Below are positions 13,398 to 26,955 of a DNA stretch of 64,000 nucleotides, in pieces. The notes beneath the pieces were generated by a model. It did not search any database, was not told the DNA's origin, and saw only the letters and a list, made by a program, of their open reading frames with translations. Position 1 is the first letter of the stretch; each line of letters begins with the position of its first letter. The position numbers and the translations under genes were made by a program. This DNA comes from Octopus vulgaris. Lineage: Eukaryota. The DNA is taken from positions 84,258,001 to 84,322,000 of the forward strand of contig OX597818.1 in assembly GCA_951406725.2 (NCBI GenBank), in the 5' to 3' direction.

Positions 13398-14689
13398 AAA
13401 TACCTGGGAATACTTGAGGCTGATGGACTCAAACACCACGACATGAAGGAAAGGACAAAGAAAGAGTGAGAAAAATATTGGCTTCAAAACTGAATGCCAG
13501 AATCATAACATCGGCAATAAACTCACACGCACTTGCAGTAGTTCGGTATGGCGCTGGAATCCTGAAGTGGACAGAGGAGGAGCTAGAGGAGATGGACAAG
13601 AAGTGAAGCAAGCTCCTAACGATGCATGCACGCCATCATCCACTTGAAGACATTGATCGCCTATACATGAAGAGAACACATGGAGGAGGAAGATTGATAA
13701 GTGTGAAAGACTGCGTGCGTATCGAACTCGAGAGCTTAATGAGATCCTTAGCCCAAAATAAGGAAACCTTGCTAGTGAGAGTTAGGGACGAGGGAGTATT
13801 CAAAGAAGAGAAAAAAAAGGAAAAACAAAGGAAGTACATAAAAGACGAAGAAGAATTACGCAAGAAGGGACAATACAATCAATTCCATATTGACACAACA
13901 GAAGTTGCTGGAAAAAGTAGGTGGGATTGGCTGATGAAAGGAACAGTAAAAAAAGAGACCGAGAACACTATACTGACAGCGTAAGATCAAGGTTTGACCA
14001 CGAACTGGAGGGTCAACTTTAGGAATGAGCAAGTGTCTCCACTGTGCCGCATCTCCAATAGAGTGTATGAAACCATTGCCCATCCACGAACGAATGCCGT
14101 GAACCTGCCAAACACCACTCTAAGTTGTGGCGACACGATCAGTTAGCAAAAGTGCTACATTAGAAACTGTGCGAAAAGTAGGGGCTAGAAAGAGGCAAGA
14201 CGTGGTATGAGTACTAATCACAGAGAGTGACAAAATCGGAGACTTGCAAAATTCTCTGGGATTTCCCAATCCAAACAGATGAGGTGCTACAGCATAACAG
14301 ACCGGACCTAGTTGTGGCGGACAAGACGCACCACATATGCTATATAATTGACTTTGCATGTCCGTTCGACTCACGAATAGTCAAGAAGGAAAGGAAAAAA
14401 GATAGATAAATACAATCCTCTTAAGTACGACGGCTGTGGAAAATGAAGAAGATGAAGATAGTAGCAATTATTGTTGTGCACTTGAGAACAGTATCAGAAG
14501 GCGTCAAGAGGAATATAAAGGTAATTTGAATAGGAGTAGAACTGTTACAAAAGCTTTGCCTCCTTGGCACAGCCAGAATAATCAGGAAAGCATCAGATAG
14601 TTGAAAAGAACCAATAGCATGGTACGTAGGCTACCCGCGACGCATTCAAGACTCCAGGAGCTCCAGCAAATCCTGTGATTAAGAGAAAA
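13398..14689 (+). mobile_element. 5'-truncated R4/Dong-clade non-LTR retrotransposon (RT thumb, CCHC finger, restriction-like endonuclease), frameshifted
   Basis: KYLG start; HARHHP..DIDRLY.KR..GG; KILWDFPIQTD..LQHNRPDLVVADK..YIIDFACPFD; ends in long (TAA)n, a known Dong target type. Confidence 0.9.
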
Positions 14690-14720
14690 TAATAATGATA
14701 ATAATGATAATAATAATAAT

Positions 14721-14809
<89 letters not shown>

Positions 14810-14820
14810 TGATGATGATG

Positions 14821-14893
<73 letters not shown>

Positions 14894-14907
14894 CAACAAT
14901 AATAATA

Positions 14908-15128
14908 ATAATCCTTTGTACTAAAGGCACAAGGCCTGAAATTTTGGTGGAAGGGGACTAGTCGATTACATCGAGCCCAGCGTTTCACTGGTACTTAATT
15001 TATCGACCCTGAAAGGATAAAAGGCAGAAGTCAACCTCGGTGGAATTTGAACTCTGAATGTAGCGATGGGCGAAATGCCGCTAAGCATTTTACCCAGCAT
15101 GCTTACGATTCTGCCAGCTCGTCGCCTT
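14908..15128 (-). mobile_element. SINE family B embedded in (TAA)n
   Basis: Family core; (TAA)n on both sides. Confidence 0.9.
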
Positions 15129-15129
15129 G

Positions 15130-15259
<130 letters not shown>

Positions 15260-15279
15260 TGATGATAATAATAATAATG

Positions 15280-15830
15280 CAAGGCTCAGATAGATGCTGC
15301 CATTAAGAAGGCAATTGAAAAAGATAGGAATGTGGAAGGTTGCTGAACATCAAAAGTGAATAGTGTGATTGATAAGATTATCTTTGAAAACATGAAAGAT
15401 ACCAATACATTGATATTAGCGAGTGTTAAAGTAGTTGCAGAAATGTTCGGTAAAAAGAAAGGATATAGGAAGTATCATCCCGTACCGTAGTGAAAAAGGT
15501 GGGTGTTAATGAAGATTAGCGGGCTTAGGAAAGATAGAAATAGAAAAAAACGGAGGAAGCGCGGTAAATATATGAAGGTAGAGAAAGTTAGATTGGAATA
15601 AATGTATTTATGCAGAAAAGAATTGGGATATCAATCAAAGAGCTAAAGCAGGGAATAAAGGCATAAAGCTGCTAAAATGAGAAAATACGTTGAAAGCAAC
15701 AACCAATATGTGCAAAGCCATCGTTTGATAAAAAAAATCGTTTAATTGATAATCATGATGCGATTGAAAAAAATGATCCTGTAGGACCAAATGCAGAAGA
15801 AAGCAAACTACGATATTTAATTGCGTTTTA
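15280..15830 (+). pseudogene. Highly decayed coding-like fragment, probably the N-terminal part of an R4/Dong-like ORF
   Basis: Purine-rich and codon-like, follows (TAA)n; no diagnostic motif intact. Confidence 0.4.
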
Positions 15831-15839
15831 AGTCGCAAT

Positions 15840-15992
15840 ATTTCATACTTAATTTAAACTGCAAAACTGGGATGCGATTTATTCACGCGGAAAAGTTAAA
15901 ACCATAAAGAGAAAAAAAAATTGTATCAAGATTCAACTTTACATTAGGTGTGCGACTTATACATCAGTGTGATTTATACACGAGTAAGTACC
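15840..15992. mobile_element. Tc1/mariner-pogo-type MITE terminus
   Basis: Repeated TGCGAYTTAT sub-terminal motifs ending CGAGTAAGTACCG. Confidence 0.45.
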
Positions 15993-16310
15993 GTTGTCAC
16001 ACCAACTCCAAACTGAATGCTTAGTGTCTTTATGGACAAACGTCTATCTTCATCCAGAAAATCTCGAATTTTCCCAACCAGCTCTGATGTTCTAACGTCC
16101 TTCGACCTCCGATACATTTCATCAACTCTCACCTCCTCTGTACCGACCTTGAATCTTGTGCAATACAAAACAGATGCTCTGGTTGTACAAGTTATCCATA
16201 AGCAGGCTAGAGCAGTTCAGATGTTCCTGAAGTGTTTTTTCCAGTTTAACGCAAAACCCTATTGCACAGTAAGCTTCAAAGAGCTATTGCAGCAGTCTCC
16301 TTTAATCTGG
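15990..16310 (-). pseudogene. Mariner transposase N-terminal (HTH) fragment
   Basis: ORF 15974-16168: KIRDFLDEDRRLSIKTLSIQFGVGVTTV. Confidence 0.75.
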
Positions 16311-16789
16311 AATAACAAAAGTAGGCATGTCAGTTTATAAGATGTATAATAAAGATATACTAAAACCCCAATAATCTAGGACAGTTATAACTATCTCTCC
16401 TAAAACGTTTCAAAACGTCAGGAATGCACCTCGTATAGTGGATAAAACAAATTACAGTGAAAATGTTCAGCCGTACGAGGATTTCTACATCACGGTAGTA
16501 AATAGTCGAAAGAAATTTTAAGATGTATAAAGTAGAATGCTGCTGAGCCAGATATTTTTCCGTACTCATTGGCTGAAATACTCTACAAGTTTCTATAAAG
16601 CCACGGTGCTTCAGCTAAATGAGTGCATGTCAAAGTGGGATGTTAGGATGTAACCTTGTAATCAACAAAAATACTGACTTGAAAGAAACATTGTTGCAAT
16701 TACTAATCAATTATAGTCTAGCACTTATTTAGAAATCTCCTGATTTGGATGGTTACAGAAGAGATATTACATTATCTAAATGTGAAATA

Positions 16790-16940
16790 AATTCCGCCGA
16801 GGTCGACTTTGCCTTTCATCCTTTCGGGGTCGATAAATTAAGTACTAGTTACTGGGGTCGAGGTAATCGACTTAATCCATTTGTCTGTCCTTGATTGTCC
16901 CCGGTATGTTTAGCCCCCGTGTGGGCAATAAAGAAATAAA
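16790..16940 (+). mobile_element. 5'-truncated SINE family B with 17-bp TSD
   Basis: TATCTAAATGTGAAATA at 16773-16789 and 16941-16957. Confidence 0.9.
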
Positions 16941-16959
16941 TATCTAAATGTGAAATAGT

Positions 16960-18130
16960 TAATGCCTGATGGAGAGAAATGTAGTCGAAAAAAATGAAAG
17001 AGCAAGGGAAGAGAAGACGAATTGTTGATTGATAAAATAATCATGGGGAAATAAAGGATGAATTTCAGTATCGCATAGCTCAATTATGGGAAGATCGAAG
17101 GACCGTGTCTCACACAAGTTAATCAAGCTCAAATTAGAACTATTCGAGATTTCATAAAATGTTAGATGTCTATAAGCAAATGCAGTGCGGCATTGGAGAG
17201 TAGTGTTAACATCTAGAGAAAGATTAACAAACATAAAAATCAAAAAGAAGAATCTTTCAGTGCTAACCTTCCTCTTGACTTGATTCTAAAAATACTGATC
17301 CTTTGTTGATTATTCTAAATAAAGCCAAGGTATGTTATTCATTGGTCACTTACAAGGAAAAGTGAATCATCTCTGTTTTAACAAGTATTTTCTGCAGTCT
17401 TTGGTGTCAACAGGGCAAATACTCAGGAGAGACCTTAGAATGGTCATTCGGTGTCAAGAAATGTGAAGTGATGGAGAAGAAGAGTGGAAAACATTTCAAA
17501 CAGGCTGGAATTGATTTGCCTGATGGTGAAAATGTGAAATTATTTCAATGTAAGATAAAACATATATTCTGTTGTGTCTGGGGAGAGTCATTGTCTTTTT
17601 GTGCCTTATAATTTAACACACTCACCGGTAAAATTTCCACGGCGAGTGTGTTAAATTATAAGGCACAAAAAGAAAATGACTCTCCCCAAACACAACAGAA
17701 TATGCTTCAACACACGAACTCATATAAAGTATCTTGCAAGCCAAATCCCAAAACGAAGTAAAAAATGCATATGTATTTTGGAAAGTAAGAAAGTAATAGA
17801 ATCAAAAGTACAGAAATGAAGGAAGTCCTAACTCAAGAGTAATTTCAAAGAACGAAGACTTTGAAATTTAAATTAAGTGGGGAAAATTTCAAATGAAACA
17901 TCAACATTATCATTAATAAAATATGGAGTGGAATTCTATGAATCGAGAATGAATTCAAGGTTAAACAACAAGATATTAAACAGGTCGATTACAATGCACA
18001 GAATTATGGCACCCTTAACTAAGTGTGGACCCAGCTGTTATATTGGACAAGAGGAGAAATAACAAAAAAGTTAATGAATGTTGAAGAAGTGGTAGAACGA
18101 TGAAAAATAAGAAACCTTCCTTCAATGATA
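16960..18130 (+). pseudogene. Decayed R4/Dong-like RT region, interrupted by a fold-back insert
   Basis: Remnants resembling VNHL, FGV.KC.VM..K.GK, IKYGV and MHR motifs, in the same order as in other copies. Confidence 0.55.
17564..17703. repeat. 64-bp inverted repeat (arms 17564-17627 and 17640-17703)
   Basis: Near-perfect reverse complement with a 12-nt loop. Confidence 0.92.
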
Positions 18131-18159
18131 ATAAGTGAAAGACTATAGAGTTTATCTTT

Positions 18160-18563
18160 CATCTTTTATCTTTTATTTATTTCAGTCATTTGAGTGCGGC
18201 CATACTGGGGTGCCACCTTGAAGAGTTTTAGTCGAGCAAATCGACGCCAACACTTATTTCTTAAGCCTAATACTTATTCTATCGGTCTTTTTTTGCCGAA
18301 TTTCTAAGTTATAGGTACATAAACACACCAAAACCGATTGTCAAGCGGTGATGGGGGACAAACACAGACACAAACGCGCATACACACATAGATATATTCG
18401 TATATATACGACCGAGTTCTTTCATTTTCTGTCTAACAAATCCACTCACAAGGCTTTGGTCGGCCCTTGGCTAGAGTAGAAGACACTTATTCAAGGTGCC
18501 ATGCAGTGAGACTGAACCCGTGACCATGTGGTTGGGAGGAAAGCTTCTTATCACACAGCCACT
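18160..18563 (-). mobile_element. SINE family A
   Basis: Full layout on the minus strand. Confidence 0.9.
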
Positions 18564-19511
18564 TATATAAAAAAAAAAAGAAATAGAGTAACATACATAA
18601 AAAAGGAAATCAGACTTTGAAGGAGTGAAGCGTTACTTAGAGGTTTTGAAGAAGATTTTTAAAAAATCACCGATGGCAAGAAGAACTGGTTCAGATTACA
18701 GAGAAGGACATTGAAGTAAATGAACGAAGGAGTGACCTTTGCAGGAACGGAGTTTACTTAGAGGGTGTAAACCCTGGGCCAAAACCTTTTACCAACAAGG
18801 TAATATTTTCAATCTTTGAGACAGAACCTCATTGGGAGTTTCAGTGCCAAACTGACAAAACCCATTTCGCAAGCCTTACAGAGAACATGCACTTATTTTT
18901 TAAAACAAGATTATAAAAAGTAAAGTAATCACTTTACATATATAAATCTCAATATATTCAGGTAGGAAATTGGATAAACTAATACCATTTTCTTCATCAT
19001 TCGATTTTTCGTCCGACAGAATGACCCTGTTGTCTTTCTAAGTGTTAATATCCAAACAAACGCAGGCATAAAAACTATCATTCCGATAAATCCAATAATG
19101 GTCAAGTAATGTTTCGAATCAGTCTAAAACTGCTTTTGCGCTCGTTCGTTTCGGCAATGAAGTTTTTAATTGCCCTACAAAAATTTAAGGGCTGCGCTTG
19201 CACTCCATGTACCTCTTGTTCCTGATCTTAAAAAAGAAACAGGACTTTTAAAGAAGAAACAAAATCTTCTTTGCATCCTAATTTACTGGCTGAGCTCAGA
19301 TAAGTAGCAGAAATAGTTAAATCGTCAAAACACAATAACATCAACGGCGTAATAATGATAATCATTCTTTCTAATATAGGCACAAGGGCTAGGAGAAATG
19401 CGGCTAAACATTTTGTCCAATGCGCTAACGAATCTGCCAGCTCACTGAATGATAATAATATTAATAATATTAATAATAACAATAATATTAATAATAACAA
19501 TGATGATGATA

Positions 19512-19543
<32 letters not shown>

Positions 19544-19544
19544 A

Positions 19545-19740
19545 AAATTTTGCCAAAAGAGGAGCTTGGGGGAGGGGTAAATTCGATTACATCGAACCCT
19601 GTATGTAACTGGTACTTATTAAATTACCCCGAAAGCATGAAAGGGAAAGTCGACCTCGTTGGTATTTGAACTCAAGTCGTAAAAAGCTAGAAATGTCGCT
19701 AAACATGTTGTCCAACGCGCTAACGAATCTGCCAGCTCAG
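19545..19740 (-). mobile_element. SINE family B
   Basis: CCCCGAAAGCATGAAAGGGAAAGTCGACCTCG core. Confidence 0.8.
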
Positions 19741-20139
19741 CAAATAATAATAATAATAACAACAACAACAACAACAATAGCAATAATAATAATGATAATA
19801 ATAATAATAATAATAACAATATTAATTATAGTTTTCGTTGGAGGAGTGATTTCCTCTTGTATCATATGTGTTGTTGTTAAGCTTTGCTTTTGATTATATT
19901 TTTGTTTCATATATTTGGTCACCCCCATCCCCACCACTGTAACTACAGCCATCCCCTCCTCCTGCAAACCTAAACTTTGATTGGATATTGTGGGGATTCT
20001 CACAACACTTGACAGCTATATTTCACTGCGGTGCATTGTTCGAGGCTTCCATTGCATTGTTATGGCTTCTTACCCGCTGGCAATGAGAATACACTTGTTT
20101 CTCTTATCCAAATCTCATTCATCAAATGAAACAAAAACA

Positions 20140-20163
20140 ATACACACAATCACCTACACACAC

Positions 20164-20203
<40 letters not shown>

Positions 20204-21320
20204 TAATACACAAGCCTCGACGCATATATATAAATCTTCACGTACACACATATACACAAACCTACTAAGAAACACATACACACACAGCTTTACACACATA
20301 TACATATATATATATATACACAGGACTTGATACATACATACACCTCCACATACGTACATATACACAAACCTACTCACACACACACGGACACGCGCACACA
20401 TCTTCAAGTACAAACACGTACACAAATCTACACACACATATACACGTACACATTTACCTTCACATACATACGTACTGGCACACATACACATATACATATA
20501 CACGTACACACAAATATGCAAACCTACATACACATAATTACATTCATATACATACACACTCACACACAGACATATATTCACAAACATTTATACACACAAA
20601 TACACGGAGCCGCACATACACGGACGCATACATACATACATACATACATACATACAGACAGACAGACATACATACATACATACATACATACATACATACA
20701 TACATACATACATACATACATACATACATACTTACATACATACATACAGAGCTGCACATACTCATAGACTTACAGACATCCACACACACATACAAACTCA
20801 TTCTAGCCACATATACTTGCACACACATGCATACACTCAGAAAACTACGCGCTCTTGCACACACACACACACACGCACACAGAACCTAACACATCCAAAC
20901 ACCTACACACACATATACAAACATACTCGCACTCACAAACGCACACATATATACACACCCTACCAGAAACCCCCCACACGCATGTACATACAGATCCACA
21001 CAAACACATATAACTACACATGCACAAACTCACACTAGCCCCCCCCCCCATACACTTACACACACATACACTTACACACACACACACATTCGCCTACACC
21101 ACACGCATTCAGACCCCAACAGTTGCACATCCAAACACCTACACACACACATATACAAACATAAACGCACTCACGCATACATACTTATACACAACCTCTC
21201 AGGGAACCACACTCACATGTACACGTACACACATACACTTACACATATTCATTTACCCACATGCATACACACCCTCACTCTCATTGACCACCACATGCAC
21301 ACATAAACACACAATTAACA
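20140..21320. repeat. Degenerate (CA/TA)n low-complexity tract with an internal duplication
   Basis: ACATCCAAACACCTACACACACATATACAAACATA-like unit at about 20890 and 21127. Confidence 0.9.
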
Positions 21321-21593
21321 TACGAAGAACACTAAATAAATGTTTGTATGATTTTCAAAAATGACTTTTTTTTTAAATTTTTATATTTTCAATTTTTTCG
21401 TATTGTTTTCTTTGCTCAAATATTTGCTTTAATGTTTATCGCAAATAAATTGTAAATTTAATTTCTATAAAGGCCAGAGAGATGTAGGGTGAATGTGTAG
21501 TGGATTGAAAAGAGACATGATGTATAACTGATACTTTATTTTAATAACACATTAACGGTTATAAAGTAAGCATTACAAAGGAATGAACGGGCT

Positions 21594-21810
21594 GGCGGCG
21601 AGCTGGCAGAAACGTGAGCACGCCGGGCGAAATGCTTAGCGTTATTTCGTCTGCCGTTACATTCTGTGTTCAAATTCCGCCGAGGTCGACTTTGCCTTTC
21701 ATCCTTTCGTGGTCAATAAATTAAGTACCAGTTACACACTGGGATCGATCTAATCGATTTGGTCCCACCTCCCCCAAAATTTCGGGCCTTGTCTCCTAGA
21801 GTAGAAAAGA
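21594..21810 (+). mobile_element. SINE family B, near full length
   Basis: GGCGGCGAGCTGGCAGAAACG head, B-box GTTCAAATTCC; ATTACAAAGGAA on both sides (21572, 21810). Confidence 0.92.
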
Positions 21811-23251
21811 TTACAAAGGAAGGATTTGTATCTCCTGTATACAAAAAGGGGGTGACTGAATACTGTAAGACATATCGTCTGGCATTCTACCTCTCCATCC
21901 GCTTCATCACTCTTGTTAAGAAACCATTTAGGAGCAGGGCTCTCTTATACACTGAAGACCATGAAGTTGTTGTCGTTTCTTAATCCGAGTTGTTCTCGGC
22001 GGGATTGAAGCACAATGTAACGAGCCAGAAGAAATATCATGAAACATTTCATCAGGCTCTCTAATACATTTGGCATCCAATTTTTTTTTCCGATCAGGAC
22101 TTTGCCTGGAAATTCTTTTTGATTTTTTTTCTTTTCGTGCTCCTTAACTTCGTTCTCGGCCATGAGAAGGTTGAGAATTTCATTTTATTAGAAGTGCTTC
22201 ATCACACACTCTTCACAGGAAGTAGATTTCTCTTCACTGGAGATGAGCTCCCATTCATACATGATGGATTCCTACTCATTTGTGCGTGTTTCTTCTTCAC
22301 AATATTGTCCTTATTGCTGTCGTTGTTGCTGTTGTCACGTGTAGGACGAAACCGGTTAGTGGCGGGGACCATCATGAGGATCACCCGGAAGTTGTCCCTT
22401 TATCAAGAAAGAAATGACACAGCAAAGCTTGGAAGTGGACTAAATCTACCCTAACATCACGTAATACAATATGTTCAGGTGATCACCTGAGTCACCTGGA
22501 CCGGACAAGCTGTCTGGTGCCGAGTCAGCTTCACTGACTATATCATTCGCCCTTCTGATGATATCGGAACGAATTCACTCAACTGTAAAACGCGTATGTT
22601 ATGGCCTTATGTGCTTCACCTTTAAAATTGACTATCCGTTTCTATCTCGGTATATGTCGCATAGAAGTACGATGTAACAATAAAAAGCATCAGGAATGAT
22701 GTAGATCAGTTGCTATTGGTCAATTTAATATCGCAATATGACAGAATGGTTAAAACAGATATAACGAAAAGTGGTATATGATTAGGTTGCGTAATAAGGA
22801 ATTTGCAAGTCTCAATAAAAGCTTAATAAAAGGGTAGAGAGGCAGACAAGAAAGATGCCCAATGGAAGATATTGACACAAAGGCCGTGAGATCAATGATT
22901 CCTCATAACTACATTTGTTGTTGTAAGAAGCTACTCATTTTTTAATGTTTGGAAGAACTGGAAAGAATAAGCAAAGACGAACGAAAAAGGAATACGAAAA
23001 TAATGACGATTAAGAGGAACTGCAAAGAAAAAAATCCCAATTTTCGAACTATACTCCAGCTAAACTCTAGAGGTAGCAAGTACTTTTATACCGAAGTGTA
23101 GACACAGGTGCAGGTGCGGCTGTGAGGTAAGAAGATTGCTTCTCAACCGCATAGTTCCGGGTCATGTTCCAATGTGTGGGCTTTTGTGCTGCTATTGTGA
23201 GTGGATTTAGTAGACGGAAACTAACCCATTGTATATCTATCTAATTATCTA

Positions 23252-23301
<50 letters not shown>

Positions 23302-23418
23302 ACTCTCTCTACACATACATACATCCATACATACCTACATACATGCATGCATACATATGATTTTGATTTGATTTTTCCAGTTTCAGCTAATGAGCTGTGG
23401 CCATACTGGGGCACCGCC

Positions 23419-23454
<36 letters not shown>

Positions 23455-24323
23455 CATTATATAAAAGGGCTTAGTAAAATAAATTACTTTGCCACATACT
23501 GAACTCATACTTTCGTGAGTTGAATTGAGCAAACACTATATGAGAGAGATTTTCTTTAAGTATTAGAAATAGTTCTAAAAAAGTTTTTTTTAGCTACTAT
23601 TTCTAATGAGTTCAGTATGTGGCAAAGTAATTTATTTTACTAAGCCCTTTTATATAATGTAATAATTTGAATTCGCCTTAAATGGTCCCTTTACATACTG
23701 AACACTTGGTGAAATTGATTAATAATTAATTAATTAATTTTACCCTCAATTGTTGAAATTATAATTCATCTCTCTCTATTTAATGTTTCGGATTTACCGA
23801 AAAAGCATAGTGTTTACTGATTTTAACCCACGCTGGTGGAAAGGGGAGAGCAGAAATTCTTCGCTTGCATATTTTGGGTGTGCTGGCACTGTTAGTTTCG
23901 AGCAGATCTTCAGAAGCGATAAGAAGCCGAAAGGGTATGCTCCCACTTTCAGTGTTTTCAAATCCAAACCAAGGAGTTCTGAGCTGATGATAGAAATGTC
24001 GAGTTTGACTAATCTTGAAACGTACGTTCTCAAATAACCTTTGCATTTGATTTTTTAATGTCTTTACCCCCATACTTTCGTGAGTTGAATTGAGCAAACA
24101 CTATATGAGAGAGATTTTCTTTAAGTATTAGAAATAGTTTTAAAAAAGTTTTTTTAGCTACTATTTCTAATGAGTTCAGTATGTGGCAAAGTAATTTATT
24201 TCACTAAGCCCTTTTATATAATGTAATAATTTGAATTCGCCTTAAATGGTCCCTTTACATACTGAACACTTGGTGAAATTGATTAATAATTAATTAATTA
24301 ATTTTACCCTCAATTGTTGAAAT
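23455..24323 (+). mobile_element. Penelope-like partial tandem: inverted 5' piece plus two ~253-bp direct repeats, in (TA)n
   Basis: Direct repeats 23506-23759 and 24071-24323; 23455-23508 is the reverse complement of 23606-23659; hammerhead motif between the repeats. Confidence 0.75.
23980..24032 (+). ncRNA. Type-I hammerhead ribozyme motif
   Basis: TGAG-CTGATGA-[T AGA aat GTCGA gt TTGAC taa TCT T]-GAAA-CGTACG-TT-CTCA. Confidence 0.7.
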
Positions 24324-24347
24324 ATATATATATATATATATATATAT

Positions 24348-25222
24348 ACTAGACTACCTGTGACCCATTGGATCACCGGAAAAGTCTGAGATTCCCAGCA
24401 ATGAAGTTTTGTTTCTTGTTTTTTTTTTCTTTTCCGGGTTATTTAGCATGCTTTCAATGAATGTGACATCGAAACCATAAGTGAACGGCTCCTTTCCACA
24501 GGAAAGGAAAGTTTTGGCTTCTATATCTTGCACTCCTTGCTGCCACGTAACATGTATTTCGGGTCCTTTATCTCAAATAGCTGTTACGTAGTAGTAGGGC
24601 ATGCTAGAAATAGCAGCCAAGTCTTTGGAAGTGAAATACGTTGAATGCACTCGAAAATACCCATGGAAAAAATATTTCATACCGAGCTTACGAACATTTA
24701 CCGTATTTTTAAAGTCATTTTCACTTTAAAATACTTTTTAGATATGTCAAAAAAAAAAAAAAAACATTTTGTAATGATATTCACTTGAAAATAATTTTGA
24801 AAACCATAAAAATATTGTCTGTTTAAGAAAGCTAAAATATAAACACTTATTGTACAAACAAGTTACATTTTTGAAATCACATTCACTTAAAAATATTTCT
24901 AAGTGATTAAAATATTGCCCTTAACAAAAGCGAAAATAGAAACATTTCCTGTAAAAAACAAATAGTATTTCTTCGTTGTCAAGTCACTGTGTCTTATCGA
25001 AAGGTTAGAATTTCTTCCCTTTCAGGATGAAGTTATATTCTTAATATTTTCCCACCGTTTTGGGTATTTGTACCCCCACACCCCGAATATCTCAGTAACT
25101 ATTGGTCCGATTTACGTGAAGCATGTTATATTCCTTTCGTATTAACAGGAGCTCTTAATTCATAGTATTCTCCTATTTTGCGCCAATTTTGCATGCAAAA
25201 TTGAACTTCACTTTTATAAGTA
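24348..25222 (+). mobile_element. Non-coding dispersed repeat, possibly a non-autonomous Helitron/Helentron-like element
   Basis: Starts ACTAG after (TA)n, ends CACTTTTATAAGTAT; homologous in reverse orientation to 32490-32900. Confidence 0.5.
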
Positions 25223-25869
25223 TGTGTGTGTGTATGTATGTATGTATGTATGTATGTATGTATGTATGTATGTATGTATGTATGTATGTATGTATGTATG
25301 TATGTATGTATGTATGTATGCCTGTGTCTTCGTTTGTCATCCACCACCGCTGGGCAATTGGTGCTGGCGTGCTTACGTTCCCGTAACTTAGAGTTTCGGC
25401 ATAAGTGCGGGGTAGTATAAGTAACAATCTTAACAAGTAATAAGTCCTGAAGTTGATTCATTCCATTAAAACTTCTTCCGAGACATGTCCCAGCATGGCT
25501 GCAGTCAAATGCCTGAAACAAGTAAAAGTTAAAATATAGAGTTTCGTGCACACCTCTGCTGAATCAATCGTAACTGAATTTTCTTTTGGGAACCAAAAGT
25601 GAGGTGGGGCATAGTTGTGTCATTGTATTGAATGCTGTTGGCTTCACGCATTCTAATCGTTTCATGTAAACTTTTACTGCATCACAAGATGCATACAGCA
25701 TTCTGCGATGAAGTATTGTAACTGATTATCTAATAATTGGGCAGCACTTTAGTCAAGTGTTTCCTATAGCCAGGACCGAATCAAAATCTTGTGAGTGAAA
25801 TTAGGGGATGGATACTGTGTGGAAACCTGTGGTATATACTCTATATGTATATATGTATATACACATATA

Positions 25870-25918
<49 letters not shown>

Positions 25919-26063
25919 TTTTGTTAGTGTTCTCTTTCGTTAAACCAGTAGGATACGAGGAAGTAACCCAACCAACATCTGTTGTCAAGCGGATGGAACA
26001 AATTCAAACGCAAAGATACATACATGTATACCAGATATATGTTTGCATATATATATATATATA

Positions 26064-26955
26064 TCTGTACACCGGCAACAGATTAGAGACCCAGAGGTCC
26101 GTCAGATACCTTTGAGTAACCACCTAGCAACATGTGGTCGGAAAATATATATAATATTTCCATTCTACAAATTACACAGCCCAAGTGAAATCGAGAGGAA
26201 AATCAGAAAAAAGAATTTTATTGATAAATTCGAACCCAAGCTAAATAAGCAATAATAATAATACTTAGAGGTATTACTTCCACTGCTACGACCATGACCA
26301 CTAACAACAACAACAATACTAAAGGTGATCAAGATGAAGATAGCAGGAAAATTATCTTATTTAGGGTTAAAAGTTCTATTGCCACCACCATCACTACTAG
26401 CAACAATAATTAAGGTGCTGACAATGATGATGATGACAATTGAAATATAAAAATATAAAAATCTCTGACAAAGGATATTTACAACATTTCTAAAAATAAC
26501 CCAACAATTGCTGCTTCGGCCAGGGTCAAGATACAGGACTCTTGACATGTCCAACAAAGCGTGATGCCTAAACCAATCAGCTCAACCAACCAATCAGCTT
26601 AAGTAATTGAGTGATACTACACACTGATTGGTTCAGAATACAGTTTGCAAAACCTAGCACTCTGGAGCCTACCCAGCTGTATTTATAGCACAGAATCAAT
26701 CATCTTGCTACAGTCAAAAATTGTGAAGCATGACTGTCAACACTACTACATGAACCCGAAGATTGCAGAATTCAATGCATGAAAGTACTAGTTCAATCAG
26801 AATGAACATTTAACATTCTACTATTTCATTTTATTTTATTTTATTCAATTATAATATATTATCTTATAATATATCATTATAAGATTGTAAATAAAACGTG
26901 AAAATCAGACAAGGTTGGAATTCTTTTTATTAATATATTCTTCTATGCACAATCA
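26064..26955 (+). mobile_element. 3' fragment of a Penelope-like element (GIY-YIG endonuclease C-terminus plus 3' region)
   Basis: VHRQQIRDPEVRQIPLSNHLATC..IFPFYKL..ERKIRKKNFIDKFEPKLN-stop (26255) matches the PLE GIY-YIG tail pattern; (TA)n flanks; downstream hammerhead. Confidence 0.8.
26751..26795 (+). ncRNA. Type-I hammerhead motif, CCGAAGA core variant
   Basis: TGAAC-CCGAAGA-T-TGCA gaattcaa TGCA-T-GAAA-GTAC-TA-GTTCA. Confidence 0.72.

Noticed and set aside
23890-23915. Minus-strand CTGAAGA..CGAAAC motif
   Set aside because: No stem II or closing stem I.
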